Below, one piece after another: positions 22,936-32,118 of a stretch of 32,118 nucleotides of DNA (its first letter is position 1; every line of letters begins with the position of its first letter). Both the position numbers and the translations under genes were made by a program. The notes under the pieces were generated by a model, which worked only from the letters and a program-made list of their open reading frames with translations, searched no databases and was not told the DNA's origin. The DNA comes from a virus (taxonomy: Duplodnaviria; Heunggongvirae; Uroviricota; Caudoviricetes), in IMG/VR virus record IMGVR_UViG_641736163_000005; one strand, written 5' to 3'.

Positions 22936-23459
22936 GCTGCCCTCCTGACGCCCTGCCCGATCGCCATCAATGCCGCTTTGGATACGGTAGTAAACATCCG
23001 TCGAGGACTGATGAACGGTCGCCAAATCAGCAGCATGGAACCTTTGCTGTTTCCCTTCTTCTCCAGCCCTGTCGATGGTTCGATAAAATTAATCCGTCCA
23101 TCAGTGATAATACGAACTTCGTCAACACTCTCCAGAGCCTTGCTGAACCATCCGACTGACATATCCTCTGGTACAAGCATAACTACCGTCTGTCGCTGTT
23201 GTATGCACTGCTCAGCGGCTTTTTCCACCCACGGCCTGATATTGCTGTACGGTGGGTTATTCCAGATTGCACCGTGGCTTACCCACTCAGAATTGAGCGC
23301 GTCGTCGGCCTCAGTTAGCCAGTGAGCGCACAGAGCATTTTTGTCGCTCGCAGCTGAATCCAGCCAGAATCCAAACTCAATATCCAGCGCATCAAAAAGC
23401 CAAAGCGGCGTTTGCCAGCAGTCCTTGTCGTGTGATGGCGTATTTGATTTGATAGTCAT
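22932..23459 (-). CDS. phage DNA N6-adenine methyltransferase (Dam-like)
   Basis: 175 aa from [26 protein letters not shown]...; NPPY catalytic motif (AIWNNPPYS). Confidence 0.8.
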
Positions 23460-23896
23460 GCAGCCCGATCTCCCCATCGCGCTTTCCACTCCAGAGCCAG
23501 TCGCGCTTCGTCTGACCACTTAACGCCACGCTCTGTACCGAATGCCTGTATAAGCTCTAATAGCTCCGCAAATTCGCTTACACACATCCTGCTGGTTGAC
23601 TGGCCTATTACCACAAAGCCATTCCCGGCAAGGTTAGGAACAACGTCCTGCTGCTTTAATGCTGCTGTAAAAACGCACTTCCAGCTTTCTGCATCCAGCC
23701 AGCGACCATGCCATTCAACCTGACGAGAGACGTCACCAAGGCAAGCCCAAAGCTTTCGGTTTTGGTCTAAGCTGCGGTTGCGTTCCTGAATGGTTACTAC
23801 GATTGGTTTGGTTGGGTCTGGAAGAATTTGCTGTACTGCGTGAATAGCGTTTTGCTGATGTGCTGGAGAGCGAATTTCAAAGGTTAGTTTTTTCAT
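23456..23896 (-). CDS. ninB: NinB recombination protein
   Basis: 146 aa MKKLTFEIRSPAHQQNAIHAVQQILPDPTKPIVVTIQERNRSLDQNRKLWACLGD...; matches lambda NinB. Confidence 0.9.
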   Translation of the reverse strand: MKKLTFEIRSPAHQQNAIHAVQQILPDPTKPIVVTIQERNRSLDQNRKLWACLGDVSRQVEWHGRWLDAESWKCVFTAALKQQDVVPNLAGNGFVVIGQSTSRMCVSEFAELLELIQAFGTERGVKWSDEARLALEWKARWGDRAA

Positions 23897-23969
23897 GACT
23901 TTCCTCTTCCCCAAATAAAAAGGCCTGCGATTACCTGCAGGCCTGTTATTAGCTCAGTGATGTAGATGG

Positions 23970-24260
23970 TCATCTTTTAACTCCATATACCGCCAATACC
24001 CGTTTCATCGCGGCACTCTGGCGACACTCCTTAAAAATCAGGTTCGTGCTCACCTTTCCTTCCCGTTCTTCTCTGGTAGCGAACCGGTAATACACCGTTC
24101 GCCAGACCTTACCTTCGATAACCAGAAGACCTGCCCGTGCCATTTTAGCCGCGGCCTGATTTATGCTGGTTACTGTTGCGCCTGTTAGTGCGGAAACGTC
24201 CTGTGCACAGAAGCTCTTATGCGTTCCGAGGTAATGAATAATTGCCTCTTTGCCCGTCAT
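23970..24260 (-). CDS. ren: Ren (Rex exclusion resistance protein)
   Basis: 96 aa MTGKEAIIHYLGTHKSFCAQDVSALTGATVTSINQAAAKMARAGLLVIEGKVWRTVYYRF...; matches lambda Ren. Confidence 0.9.
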   Translation of the reverse strand: MTGKEAIIHYLGTHKSFCAQDVSALTGATVTSINQAAAKMARAGLLVIEGKVWRTVYYRFATREEREGKVSTNLIFKECRQSAAMKRVLAVYGVKR

Positions 24261-24958
24261 ACACTTGCTCCTTTCAGCCCGAACTTAGCTTTGATTTCTG
24301 CGATCTTCGTCAGAGCCTGCACACGGTTTAGAGGCCTTCCCCCCATGACAGGAAGTTGTTTTACGGGTTCAGGTATTGCCTCACCACGGTTAATTCGCGC
24401 GGTCATACAGGACAGTTCATCGGCAGCCTTGCGCCGTAATTCCGCGTCAGTCAACGCATTGGCCCGCATGTTCTGGTACAGGTTGGTAACCAACCAGTAG
24501 TGCGCGTTCGATTTCCATGGATAAGACTCTGCGTCCGGATACAGGCCACGCTTCCGGCAATACTCGTAAACCATATCAACCAGCTCGCTGACGTTTGGCA
24601 GTCCGGCGATAACGGATGCTTCTTCCCGGCACCATGCAACAAACTGCCCGGGAGATGGCAGGAACGGTCGATTCTGCCGACGGGCTACGCGCATTCCTGC
24701 GTTAACCTGTTCCATTGTGGTGATCCCGTTTTCCCGGAAAGTCAGAACCCACTGGCGGCGGATTTCGTTCAGTTCGTTCTGGTCACGGTTAGCCAGGCTC
24801 GCCGGGAAAGTTGCCAGTAACTGGCTGAACACACAGTTGATGATCTGCGCTACCTGCTGTACCTGAGACTTTTCGTCGTACTGTTCCGGCATGTTGTTGG
24901 CGATCCGACGCATCTGCTCACGGTCAAAGTTAACCATCTGTGCGGCGATGTTTTTCAT
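24257..24958 (-). CDS. P: replication protein P (DnaB helicase loader)
   Basis: 233 aa MKNIAAQMVNFDREQMRRIANNMPEQYDEK...; matches lambda P. Confidence 0.95.
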   Translation of the reverse strand: MKNIAAQMVNFDREQMRRIANNMPEQYDEKSQVQQVAQIINCVFSQLLATFPASLANRDQNELNEIRRQWVLTFRENGITTMEQVNAGMRVARRQNRPFLPSPGQFVAWCREEASVIAGLPNVSELVDMVYEYCRKRGLYPDAESYPWKSNAHYWLVTNLYQNMRANALTDAELRRKAADELSCMTARINRGEAIPEPVKQLPVMGGRPLNRVQALTKIAEIKAKFGLKGASV

Positions 24959-25854
24959 AGATCCACTCCGTAAATCCAGTCTGTGTTTGTCAGGTCGAGT
25001 TTTGGTTTGCAGGCTGTCACGCCTGCCTGTTGCTTGTTACGGTTGATTTCGAGTTGGGTCCACTTATCGCGGAGTTTGGCCGGGCTCAGCACGTTACCGG
25101 ACCAGAAGTTGTCCTGGCATGCCCAGCGGAACAGCACGCACATGTCGCGGTGGTTACGTCCGTCACGTTCACGCATCAGGCGGATATCGTTAGCCCACCC
25201 AGCAAAATTCGGTTTTCTGGCTGATGGTGCGATAGTCTTCACCATGTCAAACATCCACTCTGCGGCGGTCAGGTCTTCTGCTGTCCCCCACTTGCTGCCG
25301 CTCTGAATTGCAGCATCCGGTTTCACCACAGAAAGGTCGTTTTCTGGCTGGTCAGAGGATTCGCCAGAATTCTCTGACGAATAATCTTTTCTTTTTTCTT
25401 TTGTAATAGTGTCTTTTGTGTCCCCCTGTTTTGAGGGATAGCAATCCCCCAATTTGATGGATGTTTTATCCCTCGTTTTAAGGGATTTTCCCTCGTTTTG
25501 AGGGATGCACCATTCTGAGATGTTTTTATTTGGTCCAAACATGCCGCATTGCTGCTTGATAATATTCATTCTGACGAGTTCTAACTTGGCTTCATTGCAC
25601 CGTTTGACGGGTAACTTTGTAATCTCGCTAAGTTGAGAATCGGTGATTCTGTCCATTGGTTTATTCCACCCATAGGTTTTACGCAGAATGGCAAGCAGCA
25701 CTTTAAACTGTCGCTTGGTCAGATCTGCGCCTGAATAAGCCTCAAGCAGCATATTTGATAGTCTGGCGTAACCATCATCGAGATCTGCCACATTACGCTC
25801 CTGTTTGGCAAAGTTACCTCTGCAGAAGTTGAGTATTTTTGCTGTATTTGTCAT
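24955..25854 (-). CDS. O: replication initiator O
   Basis: 299 aa MTNTAKILNFCRGNFAKQERNVADLDDGYARLSNMLLEAYSGADLTKRQFKVLLAILRKTYGW...; matches lambda O. Confidence 0.95.
   Translation of the reverse strand: MTNTAKILNFCRGNFAKQERNVADLDDGYARLSNMLLEAYSGADLTKRQFKVLLAILRKTYGWNKPMDRITDSQLSEITKLPVKRCNEAKLELVRMNIIKQQCGMFGPNKNISEWCIPQNEGKSLKTRDKTSIKLGDCYPSKQGDTKDTITKEKRKDYSSENSGESSDQPENDLSVVKPDAAIQSGSKWGTAEDLTAAEWMFDMVKTIAPSARKPNFAGWANDIRLMRERDGRNHRDMCVLFRWACQDNFWSGNVLSPAKLRDKWTQLEINRNKQQAGVTACKPKLDLTNTDWIYGVDL
25380..25507 (-). promoter_or_regulatory. ori: ori-lambda inside O: four iterons plus AT-rich unwinding region
   Basis: Four about 19-bp inverted-repeat iterons at about 25421-25506 (TCCCTCGTTTTGAGGGAT-type) and an AT-rich tract at 25383-25412. 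Confidence 0.8.
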
Positions 25855-25886
25855 AATGACTCCTGTAGATTGATCCAGTAATTCCC

Positions 25887-26183
25887 TCAGAATTGCATAT
25901 CAATTTGCTTAGCGTCCCCGGCGACCACCGGGGATTTTTTCTTTGTGATTCCATCAAGCGCATACTTAAAAGCCCTGCTAATTGGACTGATGTCTGATGC
26001 CATTCCGAAAGCACACAAGACCGAAGCAATAAATCTCCAGTCCGTTCTGCTTATCTTCGATTCATGACAGCCAATCATCTTTGCCAGACCACGCTGGGTA
26101 AGCGTTGACAGGTTGATGAGTAAATCTGTTTCTGCGCGATCAACGTCACGCTGTGATAGTTTGCTGTAACTTGTTCGTTCCAT
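25887..26183 (-). CDS. cII: CII-like transcriptional activator (non-lambda immunity type)
   Basis: 98 aa between cro and O; HTH-like centre (...QRGLAKMIGCHESKISRTDWR...); C-terminus ...AGDAKQIDMQF resembles lambda CII ...RSEQIQMEF. Confidence 0.7.
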   Translation of the reverse strand: MERTSYSKLSQRDVDRAETDLLINLSTLTQRGLAKMIGCHESKISRTDWRFIASVLCAFGMASDISPISRAFKYALDGITKKKSPVVAGDAKQIDMQF

Positions 26184-26260
26184 TTCTTACTATTTCCATA
26201 GGTAAATAATCACTAATACTCATCTTTCGATGAGTGCTTAATTAGTTACCGCGTTGTCGG

Positions 26261-28214
<1,954 letters not shown>

Positions 28215-28241
28215 GTCGGCGGTGCAGATTGATAAAGAGCG
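28215..28241 (-). promoter_or_regulatory. nutR: nutR remnant: boxA (CGCTCTTTATCA) and 5' arm of boxB, cut by the IS21-family insertion
   Basis: Minus-strand CGCTCTTTATCA 8 nt after cro stop; reconstructed hairpin ACCGC-CGACAAC-GCGGT spans the insertion point; compare nutL at 30305-30340. Confidence 0.5.
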
Positions 28242-28248
28242 GTGTTAC

Positions 28249-28488
28249 TTATGCAGCCAGAAGGTTCTTTTTACTTATTTCAAGCATTTCGCTTGCTTGA
28301 TATTTGCCACCAGAAATCTCTTCGATTTTTGAGGCGTATTTCGTTTTCCCAAAAAACTCAGTCTTAGGGAGGAAGCCGTTTTTGAGCCACTTATAGACAG
28401 CCCTTTCGCTAACTCCACAAGCCTTCGCAACTTCAGGTATGCCGACACCTTTAATCGGCTCATCAAGATTTTGCATAGGAATACCCAT
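28249..28488 (-). CDS. cro: Cro-like HTH repressor
   Basis: 79 aa; HTH segment GIPEVAKACGVSERAVYKWLKNG; divergent from cI and upstream of nutR and cII. Confidence 0.6.
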   Translation of the reverse strand: MGIPMQNLDEPIKGVGIPEVAKACGVSERAVYKWLKNGFLPKTEFFGKTKYASKIEEISGGKYQASEMLEISKKNLLAA

Positions 28489-28554
28489 TTCGTACTTTCA
28501 GCACGCATTATGATTGAACTGAAAGTTTTTTGCAAGTGCTTTAGTATCGTACTC
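28489..28554. promoter_or_regulatory. oR/pR/pRM-like divergent operator-promoter region between cro and cI
   Basis: 66-bp cI-cro intergenic region with repeated TCGTAC-core motifs (28489-28495, 28545-28552) and inverted repeat CTTTCAG...CTGAAAG. Confidence 0.45.
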
Positions 28555-29262
28555 ATGGTTCAGAATGAAAAAGTGCGCAAAGAATTCGCCCAGCGGCTAG
28601 CGCAAGCCTGTAAAGAAGCTGGTCTTGATGAACATGGTAGGGGAATGGCTATAGCCCGTGCCCTTTCTCTTTCGTCCAAAGGCGTTAGCAAATGGTTTAA
28701 TGCTGAGTCTTTACCGCGTCAGGAAAAAATGAATGCGCTTGCGAAATTTCTAAACGTTGATGTTGTTTGGCTTCAGCACGGCACTTCGTTAAATGGAGCG
28801 AATGATGAAGATACTCTTTCATTTGTTGGCAAATTAAAAAAAGGGTTAGTGCGCGTGGTTGGTGAGGCAATTCTTGGTGTTGATGGTGCCATCGAGATGA
28901 CCGAAGAACGCGATGGGTGGCTCAAGATTTATAGCGATGATCCAGATGCCTTTGGTCTTCGTGTGAAAGGAGACAGCATGTGGCCCAGAATAAAATCAGG
29001 AGAATATGTACTCATTGAGCCTAACACCAAAGTATTCCCGGGTGATGAGGTGTTTGTCAGAACCATCGAAGGACACAACATGATCAAGATTCTTGGCTAT
29101 GACAGAGATGGAGAATACCAATTTACAAGCATCAACCAAGACCACAGACCAATAACGTTGCCTTATCATCAAGTAGCAAAGGTGGAGTATGTGGCTGGTA
29201 TTCTGAAGCAATCTCGCCATCTGGATGACATCGAGGCAAGGGAGTGGCTGAGAAATTATTAA
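28555..29262 (+). CDS. cI: CI-type prophage repressor (HTH plus LexA-like S24 peptidase domain)
   Basis: 235 aa from MVQNEKVRKEFAQRLAQACKEAGL...; C-terminal GDSMWPRIKSGEYVLIEP and KILGYD... resemble S24 Ser/Lys dyad regions. Confidence 0.8.
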   Translation: MVQNEKVRKEFAQRLAQACKEAGLDEHGRGMAIARALSLSSKGVSKWFNAESLPRQEKMNALAKFLNVDVVWLQHGTSLNGANDEDTLSFVGKLKKGLVRVVGEAILGVDGAIEMTEERDGWLKIYSDDPDAFGLRVKGDSMWPRIKSGEYVLIEPNTKVFPGDEVFVRTIEGHNMIKILGYDRDGEYQFTSINQDHRPITLPYHQVAKVEYVAGILKQSRHLDDIEAREWLRNY

Positions 29263-29428
29263 TACCAATAGCATAGAGACGAAAATGCGACAGGTTTTAG
29301 GTACAAATCATAACCCTATCCACAAACAACGTTGTAAATATACACATAAGACTATTGTAAAAAAAGCTCTATCCCAGTAAATGCGGTTGCAAAATGGGTT
29401 GATCGAGCATATATAAGGAGTATAGTTA

Positions 29429-29791
29429 GTGACCCAAGATGAAACGAATGAATATCTGAAAACCTTAGCATTGGTTCCAAGTGCAGAGGCCTCCGCAGAG
29501 GAGAAGCAGATATATAGCGTCAAAAAGGCTGTAATCGGTCTGATTGAATTTGTTACAACCAGTCTTGAAGAGCTTGGAATTGAAGGGTTGCATGAGTTAA
29601 CCAACCCATCTCTTGACGAATTAGATGCAGAGCTAGAGAAACTTGACCAAAAAGCTGATGCAATCAATGAACTAAACTTAAAGCAAATCATCATATTTGC
29701 ACAGATTTTAATCAAAAACATAAGAGAAAAGAATCCTGATTTGTGCTCTGAGGGATCAAAACTACTCAAGAGTGCTAAATCGGGTCTTTGA
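29429..29791 (+). CDS. hypothetical acidic helical protein (120 aa) at the rex-equivalent position
   Basis: GTG start with TAAGGAG RBS; AT-rich; no similarity recognised to RexA/RexB or anything else; candidate promoter TTGCAA-17-TATATA at about 29385-29413. Confidence 0.5.
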   Translation: MTQDETNEYLKTLALVPSAEASAEEKQIYSVKKAVIGLIEFVTTSLEELGIEGLHELTNPSLDELDAELEKLDQKADAINELNLKQIIIFAQILIKNIREKNPDLCSEGSKLLKSAKSGL

Positions 29792-29814
29792 CACTTACAG
29801 AGCGGAGGATAAAC

Positions 29815-29937
29815 ATGTCTAGAACTGAACATATCAAAGATATGCTTAAAAGTGCGGATCGAATCAATCAGATTATTGCTGAAATGAAGCAGAGAAAAGC
29901 AGAAATGCTAGCATCAAAGCTTCCAATGGCAGCATAA
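29815..29937 (+). CDS. hypothetical 40-aa protein, second gene of rex-position cassette
   Basis: ATG with GGAGG RBS (MSRTEHIKDMLKSADRINQIIAEMKQRKAEMLASKLPMAA); terminator immediately downstream. Confidence 0.35.
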   Translation: MSRTEHIKDMLKSADRINQIIAEMKQRKAEMLASKLPMAA

Positions 29938-29945
29938 CCAAAAAC

Positions 29946-29968
29946 ACCCGCTTCGGCGGGTTTTCTTA
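29946..29968 (+). terminator. intrinsic terminator after rex-position cassette
   Basis: ACCCGC-TTCG-GCGGGT hairpin followed by TTTTCTT. Confidence 0.6.
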
Positions 29969-30304
29969 TTCCCCTAAAAAGATCAAACAACTCCACATTA
30001 GCTTTTTTGTGCCCACAGTTTTCTACCTAGCAGTTTTCTTTGCCTCCCGATCCACCATCTAAAAACACATAACCAATTGTATTTATTGAAAAATAAATAG
30101 ATACAACTTGCTAAACCACGCAATTCTGATCCCTGCCGCATAACCTTCATCCGCAACATTTACAAAAATAAATTTCCTTATATATCAAAATCATATTTCG
30201 TAGAGTTAATAAACCACAAACGATTCGTACCAATAGTTCTTGATAATATCGAACTATTAGTTCATCATTATCACCATCAGCAGGACGTTGGAAGCCAAAC
30301 GGAA

Positions 30305-30340
30305 CAGATTGGCAGGCTCTTTAACTTCGATGGCGCGCTG
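30305..30340 (+). promoter_or_regulatory. nutL: nutL (boxA GCTCTTTAAC plus boxB hairpin GCGCGCTGACAAAGCGCG)
   Basis: boxA-like element then a boxB-like stem-loop with GACAAA loop, about 130 nt upstream of N; resembles my recollection of P22-type nut sites. Confidence 0.6.
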
Positions 30341-30468
30341 ACAAAGCGCGAACAGATACCAAACGAGATGGGTTTGGCGGTGATGTGAATTGCAGCAGCA
30401 ACGACAGCAACCAGAAGATCAGCATCTGACTCATCACCACCAAAGCCATTTCACATAAGGAAAATATC

Positions 30469-30777
30469 ATGACGGTAATCGTGTACGGAAAATCAACATT
30501 TGCAGGAAATGCCAAAACTCGCCGCCATGAGCGGCGCAGAAAGCTGGCTATCGAGCGTGATGCTATATGCAACATCATCGATTCGATCTTCGACACAGAC
30601 AGTGAGGAACCTGTTCAGGAAGAGCAGAAAAAGCGTTTAAGTCTTTCTGAAAAAGCAATATCACTCGGAAACCTTCGCTGCAAGAAAGAAGATGAATGCA
30701 GTGGAAGTATTTGCCTACCAAACGTAGCTCTTTACGCGGCAGGCTACCGGAAATCCAAACAACTGACAGCAAGATGA
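30469..30777 (+). CDS. N: N-type antiterminator (P22 gp24-like) with arginine-rich motif
   Basis: 102 aa MTVIVYGKSTFAGNAKTRRHERRRKLAIERDAICNIIDSIF...; ARM TRRHERRRKLAIER; closely resembles recalled P22 gene 24 N-terminus. Confidence 0.8.
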   Translation: MTVIVYGKSTFAGNAKTRRHERRRKLAIERDAICNIIDSIFDTDSEEPVQEEQKKRLSLSEKAISLGNLRCKKEDECSGSICLPNVALYAAGYRKSKQLTAR

Positions 30778-30835
30778 CTTGTGTTGGTCGCCAGAAAATG
30801 AAATTAGGCAGCAAACCACTTATTTGAGGTGATAT

Positions 30836-31285
30836 ATGGAAGAACAGGCAAATAAGATTCTCATAGAACTATTGCAAAAAGCCAGTAATGGAATAGACGC
30901 GGCTGTCTCATTTAGCCAGGCACAGATTCCTGATGTTGTTCATCAGTTGCTGCTATGGAACATGGTTGACAGTCTGATTAAAACATTAATAGCCATTTTA
31001 ACAATCCCGCTGGTTTTCTGGTTTATGAAGAAACAGTACCAAAAAGTTGAAATTGGTAAGTTCGATGATGAAGGATGGTCATGGGATAAGGGGAAGACTA
31101 AATACAAACCGACTATGATTTGGGAAAGTAACGGTGAGATTAGTTTTCTAATCTTACCATTAGCTGCAGTTTTTGTTCTGTGGGTAAGTTTTATTATTGC
31201 TGTAGTAACCAATATGACATGGTTAAAAATTTTGCTGGCTCCAAAGCTTTACCTTATCGAATATGCAGCATCATTGGTTAAGTAA
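30836..31285 (+). CDS. small inner-membrane protein (2 predicted TM helices), possible superinfection-exclusion protein
   Basis: 149 aa; hydrophobic segments IKTLIAILTIPLVFWFM and ISFLILPLAAVFVLWVSFIIAVV; AT-rich; follows N; terminator downstream. Confidence 0.5.
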   Translation: MEEQANKILIELLQKASNGIDAAVSFSQAQIPDVVHQLLLWNMVDSLIKTLIAILTIPLVFWFMKKQYQKVEIGKFDDEGWSWDKGKTKYKPTMIWESNGEISFLILPLAAVFVLWVSFIIAVVTNMTWLKILLAPKLYLIEYAASLVK

Positions 31286-31289
31286 TTTC

Positions 31290-31315
31290 AGGCCGCATAG
31301 TCGGCCTTTATTTTT
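31290..31315 (+). terminator. intrinsic terminator after membrane-protein gene
   Basis: AGGCCG-CATAGT-CGGCCT hairpin followed by TTATTTTTGG. Confidence 0.55.
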
Positions 31316-31420
31316 GGCACTAACAACAGAATAAACACTGCACTGTGTATTCATTCCAACGAGTGGGTGATGCTGCCAACTTACTGATTTAGTGTATGAT
31401 GGTGTTTTTGAGGTGCTCCA

Positions 31421-31696
31421 GTGGCTTCTGTTTCTATTAGCTGTCCCTCCTGTTCAGCTACTGACGGGGTGGTGCGTAACGGCAAAAGCACCGCCGGACA
31501 TCAGCGCTATCTCTGCTCTCACTGCCGTAAAACATGGCAACTGCAGTTCACTTACACCGCTTCTCAACCCGGTACGCACCAGAAAATCATTGATATGGCC
31601 ATGAATGGCGTTGGATGCCGGGCAACTGCCCGCATTATGGGCGTTGGCCTCAACACGATTTTACGTCACTTAAAAAACTCAGGCCGCAGTCGGTAA
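31421..31696 (+). CDS. insA: IS1 InsA (copy 2)
   Basis: Identical 91-aa InsA. Confidence 0.95.
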
Positions 31697-32118
31697 CCTC
31701 GCGCATACAGCCGGGCAGTGACGTCATCGTCTGCGCGGAAATGGACGAACAGTGGGGCTATGTCGGGGCTAAATCGCGCCAGCGCTGGCTGTTTTACGCG
31801 TATGACAGTCTCCGGAAGACGGTTGTTGCGCACGTATTCGGTGAACGCACTATGGCGACGCTGGGGCATCTTATGAGCCTGCTGTCACCCTTTGACGTGG
31901 TGATATGGATGACGGATGGCTGGCCGCTGTATGAATCCCGCCTGAAGGGAAAGCTGCACGTAATCAGCAAGCGATATACGCAGCGAATTGAGCGGCATAA
32001 CCTGAATCTGAGGCAGCACCTGGCACGGCTGGGACGGAAGTCGCTGTCGTTCTCAAAATCGGTGGAGCTGCATGACAAAGTCATCGGGCATTATCTGAAC
32101 ATAAAACACTATCAATAA
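31615..32118 (+). CDS. insB: IS1 InsB frame (copy 2, canonical C-terminus)
   Basis: 167-aa frame ending ...[20 protein letters not shown] with TAA at 32116-32118. Confidence 0.9.

Larger units (their letters stand above)
31366..32118 (+). mobile_element. IS1: IS1 (second copy, same orientation; last ~15 bp beyond window edge)
   Basis: Begins GGTGATGCTGCCAACTTACTGATTTAGTG; same body as copy 1 apart from a few point differences; right terminus not in window. Confidence 0.9.

Noticed and set aside
29308-29832. 174-aa minus-strand ORF opposite the rex-position cassette
   Set aside because: Ser/Phe/Cys-rich low-complexity translation of AT-rich DNA; the plus-strand ORFs have strong RBSs and a terminator, the minus-strand ORF has none.

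Overview
This window is a large segment of a defective, mosaic lambdoid prophage of an Enterobacteriaceae host (E. coli/Shigella-like), with the late operon on the minus strand. All calls below come from reading the sequence and ORF track against recalled phage lambda, P22, phage 21/DLP12 and IS protein sequences; no database search was run. Right to left the order is: cII-O-P-ren-ninB-dam-ninE-ninF-ninG-phosphatase-Q, three tRNAs, a split sialate-O-acetylesterase-like (nanS-p-like) gene, a 21-type lysis cassette (pinholin S, SAR endolysin R, Rz/Rz1), cos, then lambda head and packaging genes Nu1-A-W-B-C-D-E-FI-FII. After FII, gene Z is fused in frame to the C-terminal two thirds of J, so the whole tail-shaft module is missing. 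Lom, a collagen-repeat side tail fiber and an NleG-like effector cargo follow at the left end. On the plus strand are a CI-type repressor, a two-gene AT-rich cassette at the rex position, nutL and a P22-type N, and a small membrane protein. Three insertion sequences interrupt the element: an IS1 with flanking direct repeat inside the nanS-like gene, a 1954-bp IS21-family (IS100-like) element with 5-bp duplication exactly in the nutR boxB hairpin between cro and cII, and a second IS1 running off the right edge. The most interesting candidates for uncharacterised biology are the rex-position cassette, two tandem promoter-terminator modules antisense to the late operon, and the effector cargo at the left end. 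My hand-read coordinates may be off by 1-2 nt in places; one 60-nt stretch (about 19920-19980) did not translate consistently with the ORF track, which I trusted.
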